NCBI GenBank assembly: GCA_963797635.1
Contig: CAWCPZ010000003.1
Coordinates: 141,346-205,345 of the forward strand
Source: an uncultured Actinomycetes bacterium
GTDB lineage: Bacteria; Actinomycetota; UBA4738; HRBIN12
Length of the DNA stretch: 64,000 nucleotides
Reading direction: 5' to 3'
The position numbers and the translations under genes are program-made. Shown piece by piece: positions 29,664 through 40,904 of this stretch. The notes below the pieces were generated by a model. The model worked only from the letters and a program-made list of their open reading frames with translations, searched no databases and was not told where the DNA came from. How positions within the stretch are numbered: the stretch's first letter is position 1; every line of letters starts with the position of its first letter.

Positions 29664-29844
29664 GGCGTTCGTCACTCCGGGATCGAGGGAGGGAAGGGAT
29701 CGGGCGCGCGGATCGCGCGGCCTGCTCCGAGTCTACCCGCGGGCCTGACCCCGGGACATCGCGCAACCCCCCGCCCGCGCACGCCGGACGTGTCAGGGGT
29801 GTAGAAACAGCCCACAGCGACCTGCCGACGAGAAAGGTTCGACC

Positions 29845-31114
29845 ATGGCGCATCCGAAAGACCGCCCCCGACCCATCGACCGGCGAGCGTTCCTGCAGCG
29901 GGCAGCCGCTGCCGGTATCGCGTTGCCGAGCATGGCCGCGATCCTGGCCGCGTGCGGGGACTCCGGCTCGAGCGGAGGGGATGCCAGCGCCTCGGCGGCG
30001 CTCCAGCTGGCGCGGCCCGACAACCCCGTCACCCTGCCGATCAGCGCCGACAACCCGGCGATCGCCGACGGACTCGATCCGGAGTCGGGGCCGCTGAAGA
30101 TCTTCGGCTACAACGACTACATCTGGAAGAAGGTCCTCAACGGGTTCGGCGAACAGTACGGCGTCGACGTGGAGTACACGGTGTTCGACACGCCCGACGA
30201 GATGGTGTCGAAGATGCAGTCCAACGGCGCCGACTTCGACGCGGTCGTGACCGTGACGCTCGAGAACATCGGCAAGCTCGCGCAGGGCGAACCTGATCCA
30301 GCCGCTCAACAAGACCTACCTCACCACCGCCACCGACCAGCTGTCGCCGGGGATCCCGGACTTCTACGACGTGGGCCGCCAGTACTCGATGCCCTACGTG
30401 ATCTTCACCACCGGGATCGCGTGGCGCAACGACGAGGTCAGCGAGGACATCGCGGCGCTCGACAACCCGTGGGACGTGTTCTGGGACCCGAAGTACAAGG
30501 GCCAGGCCCACCTGTTGAACGGCTCGCGCGACACCTTGGCGGTGGGGCTGTTGCGCAAGGGCTACGACCCGAACGAGAGCGACCAGACGATCCTGGACGA
30601 GGTCAAGCAGGACCTGCTGGCCGGCGCCGACGAGATGGGCTGGAAGTACGACCACGTCGACTACACCGAGCTCAGCACGAACCTGTGGCAGGTGCACAAC
30701 ACGTGGTCGGGGCAGATGGCCTATTACCAGTACTACCTGCCCAAGGGCCTGGACATCACGGCGCTCAGCTACGCGTGGCCACCGCAGGGCCAGGGAGGAC
30801 AGAAGGGCCTGATCTCCCACGACCTGTTCGCGATCCCGAAGGGCGCCGCGAGCCCGGTGCTGGCCCACGCGCTGATCGACTACCTGTACGACCCCAAGAA
30901 CGCCATCGCCAACTACTCCTACGAGGGCTACCAGCCCACGGTGAAGTCGTTCAACGAGGACGTCGCGGTCTCCGACGGCTTCCTGCCCGAGAGCCTCACC
31001 TACACGATCGTCACCGAGGACATGGTGCCGATGGGCGTGTCGGAGCTGGAGCTGGAGCCCGCGATCAACCAGCTCTACCAGCAGATCTACCAAGAAGTGA
31101 CGGGTGGCGCGTAA
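29845..31114 (+). CDS. Spermidine/putrescine-type ABC substrate-binding lipoprotein with Tat signal, frameshift ~30290
   Basis: DRRAFLQ..LAAC; YNDYI, YSMPY..TGIAWR, WSG, LAHALIDYL. Confidence 0.85.
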
Positions 31115-32027
31115 GGACGACCGGCCCGGGGGGGTCTGGTACCCCCGCTGGTTCTGGCCGTCGTTCGCGGCACCGGCCACGATCTGGCTCCTGCTGTTCT
31201 TCGTCCTGCCGTTCTACGTGGTGCTCTCGGTGGCGTTCGGGCGCCTCGACCCGATCTTCCTGACGGCCGAACCGGTCTACAACCCGGTCCAGTGGGACAC
31301 CACGCCGTTCCGCGGGGTGGTGACCAGGCTGTTCACCGCCGGCTCCATCGAGCAGGAGACCTTGGTCCGAACGCTGGTCTACGTGGGCATCGCGACCGCG
31401 GCATGCCTGCTGATCGGCTACCCCGTCGCCTACTTCGTGGCGCGGCACGCCAAGCGCACGAAGACCTGGCTGCTGGTGGCGTTCATCGCGCCGTTCTGGA
31501 TCAGCTACATGATGCGGATGTTCGCCTGGGTGAACCTGCTCCAGGAGGACGGCTACGTGAACCGGTTCCTGGAGGCGATCGGGGTGATCGACCATCCCGA
31601 ACAGTGGCTGAGCGGGAGAGCCTCCACCGTGGTGTTCGGGCTGATCTACGGCTACATCCCGTTCATGATCCTGCCGTTGTTCGGCACGCTCGATCGCATG
31701 GACCGCTCGATGATCGAAGCGGCGCGCGACCTGGGCGCCGGCCAGGTCAAGACGTTCTTCCGCGTCACGTTGCCGCTGTCGAAACAGGGCATCCTGGCCG
31801 GCTGCATCATCGTGGCGTTGCCGATGTTCGGCGACTACTTCACCCAGACCTTGCTCTCCAGCACGCGCAACACGGCGATGTTCGGCAACCTCATCGTCAG
31901 TTCGATCCAGAGCTCGCTGGTGAACACGGGCGCCGCGTTGGTGGTGGTCATGGTCGTGCTGCTGATCGTGCCGATGCTCTACTACCTGCGCAGCACGAAC
32001 GTCGCGAGGGAGCTGGCGGAACGATGA
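31104..32027 (+). CDS. ABC transporter permease (PotB type)
   Basis: GYPVAY, PFWISYMMRMFAW, EAARDLGA (EAA loop). Confidence 0.92.
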   Translation: MARKDDRPGGVWYPRWFWPSFAAPATIWLLLFFVLPFYVVLSVAFGRLDPIFLTAEPVYNPVQWDTTPFRGVVTRLFTAGSIEQETLVRTLVYVGIATAACLLIGYPVAYFVARHAKRTKTWLLVAFIAPFWISYMMRMFAWVNLLQEDGYVNRFLEAIGVIDHPEQWLSGRASTVVFGLIYGYIPFMILPLFGTLDRMDRSMIEAARDLGAGQVKTFFRVTLPLSKQGILAGCIIVALPMFGDYFTQTLLSSTRNTAMFGNLIVSSIQSSLVNTGAALVVVMVVLLIVPMLYYLRSTNVARELAER

Positions 32028-32935
32028 GCGGCCCGCTCTCGGTGCAGGCACCTCCGGCGAGCCGTCGATTGACGTCGTGGATCGCCAACCCGTGGGCCCA
32101 GGCCCGGTTCCTGTGGGTGGCGGTGTTCGGCTACCTCGCGTGGTCGCTCGTGCCCGTCTTCATCGCCGTGGCCTACTCGTTCAACGCGGGGAAGGCGCAG
32201 ACCACCTGGCAGGGGTTCTCGGCGACGCGCTGGTTCATCACCGACGTCAACTCCGTGTGGCAGGACGAGACCTTGCGCTCGGCGCTGTTCCAGAGCCTGA
32301 AGCTGTCGGCGCTCACGGTGGTGATCGCGGTGCCGCTGGGCGTGGCCTTCGCCATCGCGCTCGACCGGTGGCGCGGTCGCGGTGCGGGCACGAGCGACTT
32401 CGTGATGCTGTTCTCGTTCATCACGCCGGAGATCGCGATCGGCGTGGGCCTGTTCCTGATGATGACCAAGCTGGTCGAGCAGATCGGCCTGGGGTTCACG
32501 GCGCAGGTCCTGGGGCTGTCGATGTACGAGCTCGCCTTCACCGTGATCATCGTGCGGGCACGGTTGCTGTCGGTGGGCAAGCACTACGAGGAAGCGGCCA
32601 TGGACCTCGGCGCCTCGCCCACCAACGCGATCCGGCGGGTGCTCCTGCCGCTGCTCTCGCCCGCGATCTTCGCGAGCGTCGCCATCGTGTTCGCCTCGGC
32701 CATCGACAACTTCGTGATCTCCCAGCGCCTGTGCGCCGACGCCTCGTGCCAGACGATCCCGATCGTGATCTATTCGTCGGCGCGCCGGTCCCCGTTGCCG
32801 TCGTTGAACGCCCTCGCCACGATCGTGCTCGTGCTCTCGACGGTGTTGATCGGGGCCGCCGTGGTCGGCTACCGCGCGATGACGAGGGGCGAGCGCGCCG
32901 CCGACGAAGCGCCCGTGCTAGCGTCCGGCGGATGA
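32024..32935 (+). CDS. ABC transporter permease (PotC type)
   Basis: YSFN, GFSATRWF, TPEI, EEAAMDLGA, LNALAT. Confidence 0.92.
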   Translation: MSGPLSVQAPPASRRLTSWIANPWAQARFLWVAVFGYLAWSLVPVFIAVAYSFNAGKAQTTWQGFSATRWFITDVNSVWQDETLRSALFQSLKLSALTVVIAVPLGVAFAIALDRWRGRGAGTSDFVMLFSFITPEIAIGVGLFLMMTKLVEQIGLGFTAQVLGLSMYELAFTVIIVRARLLSVGKHYEEAAMDLGASPTNAIRRVLLPLLSPAIFASVAIVFASAIDNFVISQRLCADASCQTIPIVIYSSARRSPLPSLNALATIVLVLSTVLIGAAVVGYRAMTRGERAADEAPVLASGG

Positions 32936-33766
32936 GCGAAGGGCGTGTCCGCGACCTCCTGCGGGCGGGGGGCGACGGCAACGCCATCCTGCCGGGCATC
33001 GACCCGCGCGACACGCCCGGCGTCGACGATCGCGCAGACGGCCGAGGCGGCGGTCCCCGAGCTCGCCGATCGCCTCGACCACCTCCAGGAACGGCTCTGG
33101 GTGGAGGGGAAGCGCTCGCTCCTGGTGGTGCTGCAGGGCATGGACACCAGCGGCAAGGGCGGCACGGTCCGTCACGTGTTCTCATCGATGAACCCGGCCG
33201 GCGTGGACGTCGCCTCGTTCAAGAAGCCCACCGACGAAGAACTCCAACACGATTTCCTCTGGCGGATCGAGCGCAGGCTCCCCGCTGCGGGCCAGGTGAT
33301 GGTGTTCGACCGGTCCCACTACGAGGACGTGCTGATCGTGCGGGTGCGATCCCTCGTGCCCGAAGCGGTCTGGCGGCCGCGCTACCGCGAGATCGTCGAG
33401 TTCGAAGAACGGGTGGCGGCCGCCGGCACCACGATCGTGAAGTGCATGCTGCACATCTCCTACGACGAGCAACGGGAGCGACTGCTGGCACGCCTCGACG
33501 ACCCCGAGAAGCACTGGAAGTTCCACGAGGGCGACCTCGAGGAACGACGGCGCTGGCAGGACTACCAGGCGGCCTACGAGGAGGCGATCCGCGAGTGCTC
33601 GACCGAGGCGGCGCCGTGGTTCGTCGTGCCCTCGGACCGCAAGTGGTACCGGAACTGGGCCGTCTCCTCGCTCCTGGTCGAGACCCTCGAGGACATGGAT
33701 CCGCAGCTGCCCCGTCCCGACCTCGACGTCGATGCCCTGAAGGCGCGACTGCAACCGCCCAACTGA
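32932..33766 (+). CDS. ppk2: Polyphosphate kinase 2 (class III-like), frameshift near the 5' end
   Basis: LQGMDTSGKGG, FKKPT.EE..HDFLWR, FDRSHYEDVL, PWFVVPSDRKWYRN. Confidence 0.93.
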
Positions 33767-33919
33767 GCCGGCCGTTGCACCGAAGGGCCTAGGGCATGCG
33801 TCGCACGCCATGGTGTTCCTGCGTCTGCCGAGGATTCATCCCTTCGGAGTAGGACACCGACCCCCTGCGTTCCCTATCCTGGGGACACCCCGTATCCCCC
33901 GAGCGAAGGAACCCCCCGA

Positions 33920-36900
33920 ATGCGTCGTACCACCACCCTGGTCATCGCGCTGTCGATGGCCGTCTCCGGACTGAGTCTGCTGCCCGCCGCGCCGGCCGTC
34001 GCCGCGGGCGCCCTCAGCACCGCGCAGCCCACGTTGGTCTCCGCCGATCCGGCCGACTGGACGCCCAACATCCAGGACGGGCAGGTCAACGCGATCGTCC
34101 AGGTGGGCAACCAGGTGATCGTCGGCGGTCAGTTCCTGCAAGCCAAGAACATCAGCGGCAACCTGCTCGACGTCTCGAGCATCCTGGCGTTCAACGCCAC
34201 CACCGGGACGATCAACAAGAACTTCATGCCCACGTTCGACGGCGAGATCCTCGCCCTGGGGACCGATGGCACCAGCGTCTACGTCGGAGGCCGTTTCGCC
34301 ACCGTGAACGGGCAGACCGGATACAAGCGCCTGGTGAAGCTGGATCCGGCCAACGGACAGATCGTGACGCCGTTCAAGGCGAAGATCGGCGCCGGCGAGG
34401 CCGTGCACGACATGTCGTTCGCCAACGGCAAGCTCTACATCGGCGGGGCGTTCTCGGCCGTCCAGGGCGTCGCCCGCGAGAAGTTCGCGGCGCTGAACCC
34501 GGTGAGCGGCGCCCTCGACCCCACCGTCGACGTGGCGTTCACGGGCAAGCACAACGGCGGCACCGGCCGCATCCGCAAGTTCGACATCACGCCCGACGGC
34601 ACCAAGATGGTGGCGGTCGGCAACTTCACCCTGGTCGACGGCCAGGATCGTGACCAGGCCGCCATGGTCGACCTGACCACGGACACGGTCGCCAACTGGC
34701 AGACCAACCGCTTCAAGTCGGCCTGCTCCTCCTTCTTCGACACCTACACCAACGACGTCGACATCGCCCCCGACGGCTCCTACTTCGTGATCGGCACCAC
34801 CGGCGCCTTCATGGGCGGCGCGAACGCCGGGGTGCTGTGCGACACGACGTCGCGCTGGGAGATCAACGCCACCGGCACGGCCCTGCAGCCCACGTGGGTC
34901 GACTACACCGGTGGGGACACCACCTTCAGCGTGACCGCCACCAACACGGCGGTCTACGTCGGCGGTCACCAGCGCTGGTGGAACAACCCGTACTCGGCCG
35001 AACGGCGACGCCGCGGGCCAAGGCGCGATCGACCGCATGGGCATCGCCTCGCTCGATCCGCTGAACGGCCTGCCCTTCAGCTGGAACCCGATCCGCGACC
35101 CCCGTGGCCTGGGCGTCCAGATGATGCTCGCCACCCCCGCGGGCCTGTGGGTGGGCTCCGACACCTCGGGCATCGGCGGCGAGTACCACGGCAAGATCGC
35201 CTTCATGCCGCTGGCGGGCGGCGCTTCGGTGCCGGCCCCGTACGTGGCGACGCTGCCCAACGACCTCTACACCGTGCCGCAGAGCGGCTGCCTGAGCCAG
35301 GACCCCTCCGTCCTGTACCGCGTGAACGCCGGCGGCTCCCTGGTGCCGAGCGGCAACTGCCAGATCGACTGGGCGGTGGACACCGCCGCGGCCCCGAGCC
35401 TGCTGCACAACACGGGCGCGAGCGCGGTGACCGGCGGCACGCCGACCCTCAACGGCACCGTGCCGGCGGGCACGCCGATCGGCATCTTCTCGGCTGCCCG
35501 TGAGGATCCGAGCGGTGGCAACGAGATGCAGTGGAACTTCAACGTGCCCGCGGGCAAGCAGGTCAAGGTGCGGATGTACTTCGCGAACTTCGCGGGCAAC
35601 CTGAAGTCGACCGGGCAAGCGCGTGTTCAACGTGTCGATCGACGGGGCGACCGTGCTGCCGAACTTCGACATCAGCGCCTCGATCGGCTTCCAGGTCGGG
35701 GGGATGCGCGAGTTCACGGTGACGAGCGACGGGCAGGTCAACGTGCTCTTCTCCCACCTCGTGAACAACCCCATCGTGAGCGCGATCGAGGTCATCGACC
35801 CGAGCATCGCGCCCGGCGGCGGTGGCGGCGGCCTCGAATACCTGGCGCGCCGCTCCTTCGACGGCTCGGCGACGGGGACGGCGACGACGCTGTCCACGCC
35901 CGGCACCGACTGGTCGCACGCCCGTGGGGCGTTCGTCACCAACGGCAAGCTCTACGGCGGCTGGGACAACGGACTCTTCTACTCCCGTCCGTTCGACGGC
36001 ACCACGGTGGGCGCGCCCACCCAGGTGGACCTGCACGGACTCACCACGTCGAACTTCCCGGTCGCCAACATCACGGGCATGTTCTTCACGAACGGCCGCA
36101 TCTACTACACGCTGGCCAACGACGCCCGGATGTACATGAAGTACTTCACGCCCGAAGACGACGCCGTGGGCACGCAGACCTTCACGGTCAGCGGCGCCAC
36201 CGACGGACTCAACTGGAGCGCCGTGAGCGGCATGACGTTCGCCCAGGGCAAGATCTACTTCGGGCGCACGAACGGCAACCTCTCCCGCATGAACTTCGCC
36301 AACGGCGTCCCCACCCCGGGCACCGAGGCGCTGATCAGCGGCCCGGCCACCGGCGACGGCAAGACGTGGACCTCGCGCGGGATGTTCATCTACGGCCAGG
36401 CCGTGGACGGGTTCGCCCCGACGGTTCCCGGCAAGGCGTCGGGCGTGAGCAACAGCACCAGCTCGATCGACCTGACGTGGGCGGCGTCCACCGACAACGT
36501 CAGCACGACCCTGGACTACCACGTGTTCCGCGACGGGATCGACATCGCCACCGTGCCGAGCGCCTCCACCACCACGGTGTCCTACACCGACGCCGGGCTG
36601 GTCGGAGGATCGCAGCACACGTACCGCATCGCCGCGGTCGATGCCGCCACCAACGCGAGCGGTCAGTCGCCCGACTCCGATCCGATCACCGTGCAGACGC
36701 CCGACCTGACACCGCCCACGGTGCCGGGGGCGCCGACGGCCACGGCCAACGGCAAGACCAAGGTGGACCTCGTGTGGCCCGCGACCACGGACGATCGTCC
36801 GGGCCAGGTCACGTACCGGATCTACCGCGACGGATCCCAGGTCGGCAGCGTGACGAGCGGCTCGAACACCACCGTGTCCTTCACCGACACGGGCCTGAGC

Positions 36901-37545
36901 CCGGCGACGAGCTACACCTACACCGTGGACGCGGTCGACGTGGCCAACAACCCGAGCGCCCAGAGCGAGGCGTCCAACACGGTGACGACCGCCGGCGTGA
37001 TCTTCGCCGACGGCTTCGACGGCGGGAACTTCACGAACTGGACGTCGAACACCCGGGTCAGCATCGACGGGACCAAGGGCGCCACCGCGACGCCGAGCGC
37101 GCTCGCCAGCCCCACGTCGCAGAGCGCCTTCCTGGTCAAGGACCTGCCGGCGGAGTTCGGGTCGATCTGCATGAGCACGGCCGTGAACCTCACCACGCAG
37201 AACGGCACCGCGCTGGACCTGTTCCGCCTGCGCACCGGCGCGAACGGCGGGATCAACAAGGTGTTCCTGAACACCAGCGGTCAGCTCGTGGTGAAGTCCG
37301 ACGTCACGAACAACACGAAGAACTCCGGCGTGGCCCTGCCCGCGGGATGGAACACCGTCGAGCTGTGCACGACGGTCGGGACGACCGGCACGGCCGACCT
37401 GTATCTCAACGGCACGAAGATCGTGAACGGGTGGGTCCAGGACACGGGCACGACGCCGGTGGCCAAGATCAACCTCGGCGAGAGCGCCAACCGGACGTTC
37501 ACGGTCAACTTCGACGACGTGGTGGTCGACGCCTTCCCAGGCTGA
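33920..37545 (+). CDS. Large secreted protein (~1200 aa): beta-propeller + malectin-like + 2x fibronectin III + C-terminal beta-sandwich, frameshifts ~35000 and ~35610
   Basis: Signal peptide; repeated YVGG.F blades; LYRVNAGG..VRMYFAN..FNVSIDG..NFDI (malectin); LTWAASTDN..YHVFRDG..YTDAGL FN3 repeats; IFADGFDGG. Confidence 0.8.
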
Positions 37546-37582
37546 TCGAGCACCGCAACGATCTCCCTGCTCGGGGAGGGGC

Positions 37583-37610
37583 TCACGGGGGCGCGGCCGC
37601 GCCCCCGTGA
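37583..37610. terminator. Perfect 28-bp palindrome between convergent genes, probable bidirectional terminator
   Basis: TCACGGGGGCGCGG|CCGCGCCCCCGTGA. Confidence 0.7.
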
Positions 37611-37646
37611 TCCATATCTGGGCTCGACCACCGCCGCCCGGCGGGC

Positions 37647-38643
37647 TCAGTCCTGACGCGACCGCCAGGCCTCGAGCAGCTCACGCTCGCGGTCCGCCGG
37701 GAGGCCACACGCGTTCGCGGCGTCCGGGTCTCGCCGGCGTTCTTCATCCCAGGCCAAGGGTGTCGCGCACGGTGTCGGCGACCGGCCGCGTCTCGAGTCC
37801 GGCCGCCACCGCGGCCCGCGAGTCGTACCGGTGGGCGCCCGCATCCTCGGGTTCCCAGATCGGGAGCTGGGTGTGCCGGTCGTCGCCGAGCTGGCCGAGG
37901 AGCCAGTCGGCGTCGACCCACTCGATCTGCGTGTCGGCGCCGGACGCGGTCTTCGCCGCCTCGAGGACCTCGCCGATCGTCGTCGTCCCCGCCGGATGCA
38001 CGACGTTGAACGTGCCGCCGGTGCGCGTGTCGGCCAGGTGCAGCACGAACGCCGCGAGGTCACGCGCATCGACGAACTGGATCGGCTCGTCCGCGGGGCC
38101 GGGCGCCAGCATGATCCCGCCTTCGGATGCGCGACGCAGCCAGGAGGTGAACCGATCCGTGGGGTCGAACGGGCCGACGATGTAGCCCGGTCGGATCACC
38201 GCGCCACGGTCCCCGAAGCCCTCGCGCACGACCTCCTCGCATGCCGCCTTGAGCGGGCCGTAGGACTCCCAGGTGATCTCCTCGGAGTCGGGCCAGGGCG
38301 GCTGGTGCGTGGGCGAATCCTCCGTGGCGCCCGGCGGCAGCCCTTCGAGATGGGCCGAGATCGAGGAGATGTAGCCGTACCAGGCGCTGTCGGCCAACAG
38401 CTCGGTGGAGGCCCGGACGGCCCGGGGCACGTATCCGCAGGTGTCCACGACGGCATCGAAGGTCCGGCCCCGGAGGGCATCGACCCCTTCGTCGCGATCC
38501 CCGTGCACGTGCTCAGCCTCCGGATGGACGTCATCCGTTCCCGAGCCGCGATGGAAGATCGTCACCTCGTCCCCTCGTTCCAGCGCCATGCCGGTCAGCG
38601 CCCGGCCCGAGAACTGCGTTCCCCCGATCACCAGCAGCTTCAT
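37647..38643 (-). CDS. NAD-dependent epimerase/dehydratase (atypical SDR), frameshift ~37755
   Basis: MKLLVIGGTQFSG, DTCGYVP, YGPLK, RPGYIVGPFDPTDRF, QFVDARDLA. Confidence 0.88.
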
Positions 38644-38730
38644 CCCGCCCCCTTTCCCGCGCACTCTACGTGGACGTTGGAGATCAGGTATCGACGGTCG
38701 GCGCGGGTGAGCCGTCTGAGGCCGCTCGGG

Positions 38731-39768
38731 CTAGGCGCCCCGCCGGTCGGTCGAGGCCCGCGCCATGATCGTGGTCTCCACGAAGACCGGGGCCACCGGC
38801 GGTGGCAGGCCCGCGAGCAGGTCGGCCAGCACGCCCGCCGCCGCCGCGCCGAGCTCACGTGGGTGCAGTTCGAGCGTCGTGAGCGACGGTGACGCGACCT
38901 CGGCGCGGCCCCGATCGCTGATCGAGCTCACCAGGAGATCGTCGGGGACACGGATCCCGCGTTCGGCGCACGCCCGGAGCACGGCCAACGCCATGACCTC
39001 GTCGAGGCAGTGCACGGCATCGGGCAGATCGGCACGGTCGAGCGCCAGCGCCACCTCGCGCTGGATCGAGGCCTCGATGTCGGTCCAATCCATCGCTTCG
39101 ATCAGATGCAGCCACGGTTCCTGGGTGGCGGCCATGCACCACGCGCGATAGGCCTCGACGCTGTCCTGCGCGTAGGACTCCCGGCCCCCCGCGCCCATCA
39201 CACCCACCCGTTGGGCACCCCGCTGGCGGAGATGCGCCAGCACGGCGTGCGTCCCCTCCACGAAGTCGTTGTCGACGTAATCGGTCCACGCCAGGCCGGG
39301 GTCGGGCTCGGTGATCCGGCCGATCGTGACGACCGGGACCCTGGCACGGGCGAGTTCGTGCATCGCCGGATCGCCGGGCGAAGGGTCGACGACGATCGCG
39401 CCGTCCAACGGGAGCCGCTGCCAGATGACGCCGCCCCCCGAGGGCACGATCACCAGGGCGAGTTCGCGTCGGGTGGAGGCACCGGCGGCGCCCTCGATCA
39501 CGGCGGCGTTGTGCGCGAACTCGGCCACCGGGGTACGGACGCCCGTCGGCACCGATACCGTCAGCGCCACCAGCCCGGTGCGTCCCGACGCGAGGTGGCG
39601 GCCCCTCGGATCCGGGCGGTAGCCGAGTTGGTCGGCGACCTCGCGCACGCGCCTGCGCGTTCCTTCGGACACCCCCGACTTGTCGTTCAAGGCGTGCGAC
39701 ACGGTGGTGATCGACACCCCCGCGGCTCTGGCGACGTCGCGGATCCCGACGGAACGGCCTCCAGGCAT
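38731..39768 (-). CDS. LacI family transcriptional regulator
   Basis: IRDVARAAGVSITTVSHALN, LGYRP, VDND, IRVPDDL, PSLTT. Confidence 0.93.
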   Translation of the reverse strand: MPGGRSVGIRDVARAAGVSITTVSHALNDKSGVSEGTRRRVREVADQLGYRPDPRGRHLASGRTGLVALTVSVPTGVRTPVAEFAHNAAVIEGAAGASTRRELALVIVPSGGGVIWQRLPLDGAIVVDPSPGDPAMHELARARVPVVTIGRITEPDPGLAWTDYVDNDFVEGTHAVLAHLRQRGAQRVGVMGAGGRESYAQDSVEAYRAWCMAATQEPWLHLIEAMDWTDIEASIQREVALALDRADLPDAVHCLDEVMALAVLRACAERGIRVPDDLLVSSISDRGRAEVASPSLTTLELHPRELGAAAAGVLADLLAGLPPPVAPVFVETTIMARASTDRRGA

Positions 39769-39786
39769 TTCCTGATGATAGAACCC

Positions 39787-40812
39787 CTACGCGGCGGTGC
39801 CCTCCAGATCCGGGGTGTAGCGACCGTCGCGGGCGAGGCCGTTCATGCGCGCCCGGTGCGCCAGTGCCGCCTGGGCCGCTCCGACGTTGGCGTCCTCGCC
39901 GCCCCAGGCCCGCAGCGAGGGGGCCTGCAACGCGCGGCCGTAGCTGAAGGACAGCGCCTGCGCCGTGGCCTCGAGACCCCCTTGATGGTGCATCTCCTGG
40001 AGACGGCTCGTGGCCTGTTCATCGCTCATGCCGCCCGACAGGAACACCACCCCGGGGACCTCGGCGGGCACGTGCGCCGCCAACGTGCGGATCGTCGCGG
40101 CCGCGATCGTGGCGTCATCGTCCTGGATCGCGCTCCCCGCGCCCGGCACGACCATGTTCACCTTCAACAGGGTGCCCGCGAGATCGACGCGGTGATGCGC
40201 CATCTGGGCGTACAGCGCGTCGAGGGTGTCGGCGGTGGCCGCTTCGCACGCGGCGAGATCGTGGTCGCCGTCCATGAGGATCTCGGGCTCGACGATCGGC
40301 ACGATCCCGGCCTCCTGGCAGAGGGCGGCGTAGCGGGCCATCGCATGGCCGTTCGCGATGCGGGCGAACGCCGTGGGCAGCCCGTCGCCGATGATGATCG
40401 TGGCGCGCCATTTCGCGAAGCGCGCGCCCAGGCCGTGATACTCGGCGAGGCGCTCCCGCAACCCGTCGAGGCCCTCGGTGATCGTTTCGCCGGGGAAGGC
40501 CGCGAGCGGCTTGGCGCCGGTGTCCACCTTGATCCCGGGGATCACCCCCGACCGTTCCAGCACCGTCACGAACGGCGTGCCGTCCTCGTCGGCCTGGCGG
40601 ATCGTCTCGTCGAACAGGATCACGCCGCTGATGTGCTCCCCCAATCCCGGCGTCGTGAACAGCAGCTGGCGGTAGCGCCGGCGTGTCTCTTCGGTGGAGG
40701 CGACCCCGATCGAGTCGAACCGTTTGCCGATCGTGCCGGTGGATTCGTCGGCGGCCAAGATCCCTTTCGCGGGTGCCACCAGGGCGCGGGCCGTCTCCTG
40801 CAGAGCGCTCAT
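39787..40812 (-). CDS. Class I fructose-bisphosphate aldolase (animal/plant-type family)
   Basis: KGILAADESTGT, GIKVD, FAKWR, VPIVEPE, LLKVNMV (Schiff-base Lys), FLSGG, SFSYGRALQ. Confidence 0.93.
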   Translation of the reverse strand: MSALQETARALVAPAKGILAADESTGTIGKRFDSIGVASTEETRRRYRQLLFTTPGLGEHISGVILFDETIRQADEDGTPFVTVLERSGVIPGIKVDTGAKPLAAFPGETITEGLDGLRERLAEYHGLGARFAKWRATIIIGDGLPTAFARIANGHAMARYAALCQEAGIVPIVEPEILMDGDHDLAACEAATADTLDALYAQMAHHRVDLAGTLLKVNMVVPGAGSAIQDDDATIAAATIRTLAAHVPAEVPGVVFLSGGMSDEQATSRLQEMHHQGGLEATAQALSFSYGRALQAPSLRAWGGEDANVGAAQAALAHRARMNGLARDGRYTPDLEGTAA

Positions 40813-40904
40813 GTTCCCTCCTGTCGGCCCACGGTTCGGGCCTGCGGAACCTCAGCCTAGCGGGCCGGTCCACGAGGCCGTGAGGCGCCCGTAGACTCGC
40901 AGTC

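Noticed and set aside
28035-29804. Long antisense ORFs opposite typA and other genes
   Set aside because: Typical stop-poor shadow frames of high-GC coding DNA with no recognisable motifs.
29804-29831. Sixth sigma28-like promoter (GAAA-N16-GCCGACGA) before the ABC SBP
   Set aside because: The -10 lacks the conserved T, and the gene has a normal RBS and different spacing.
39787-40812. Calvin cycle (cbb) locus
   Set aside because: No RuBisCO, phosphoribulokinase or transketolase in the window.
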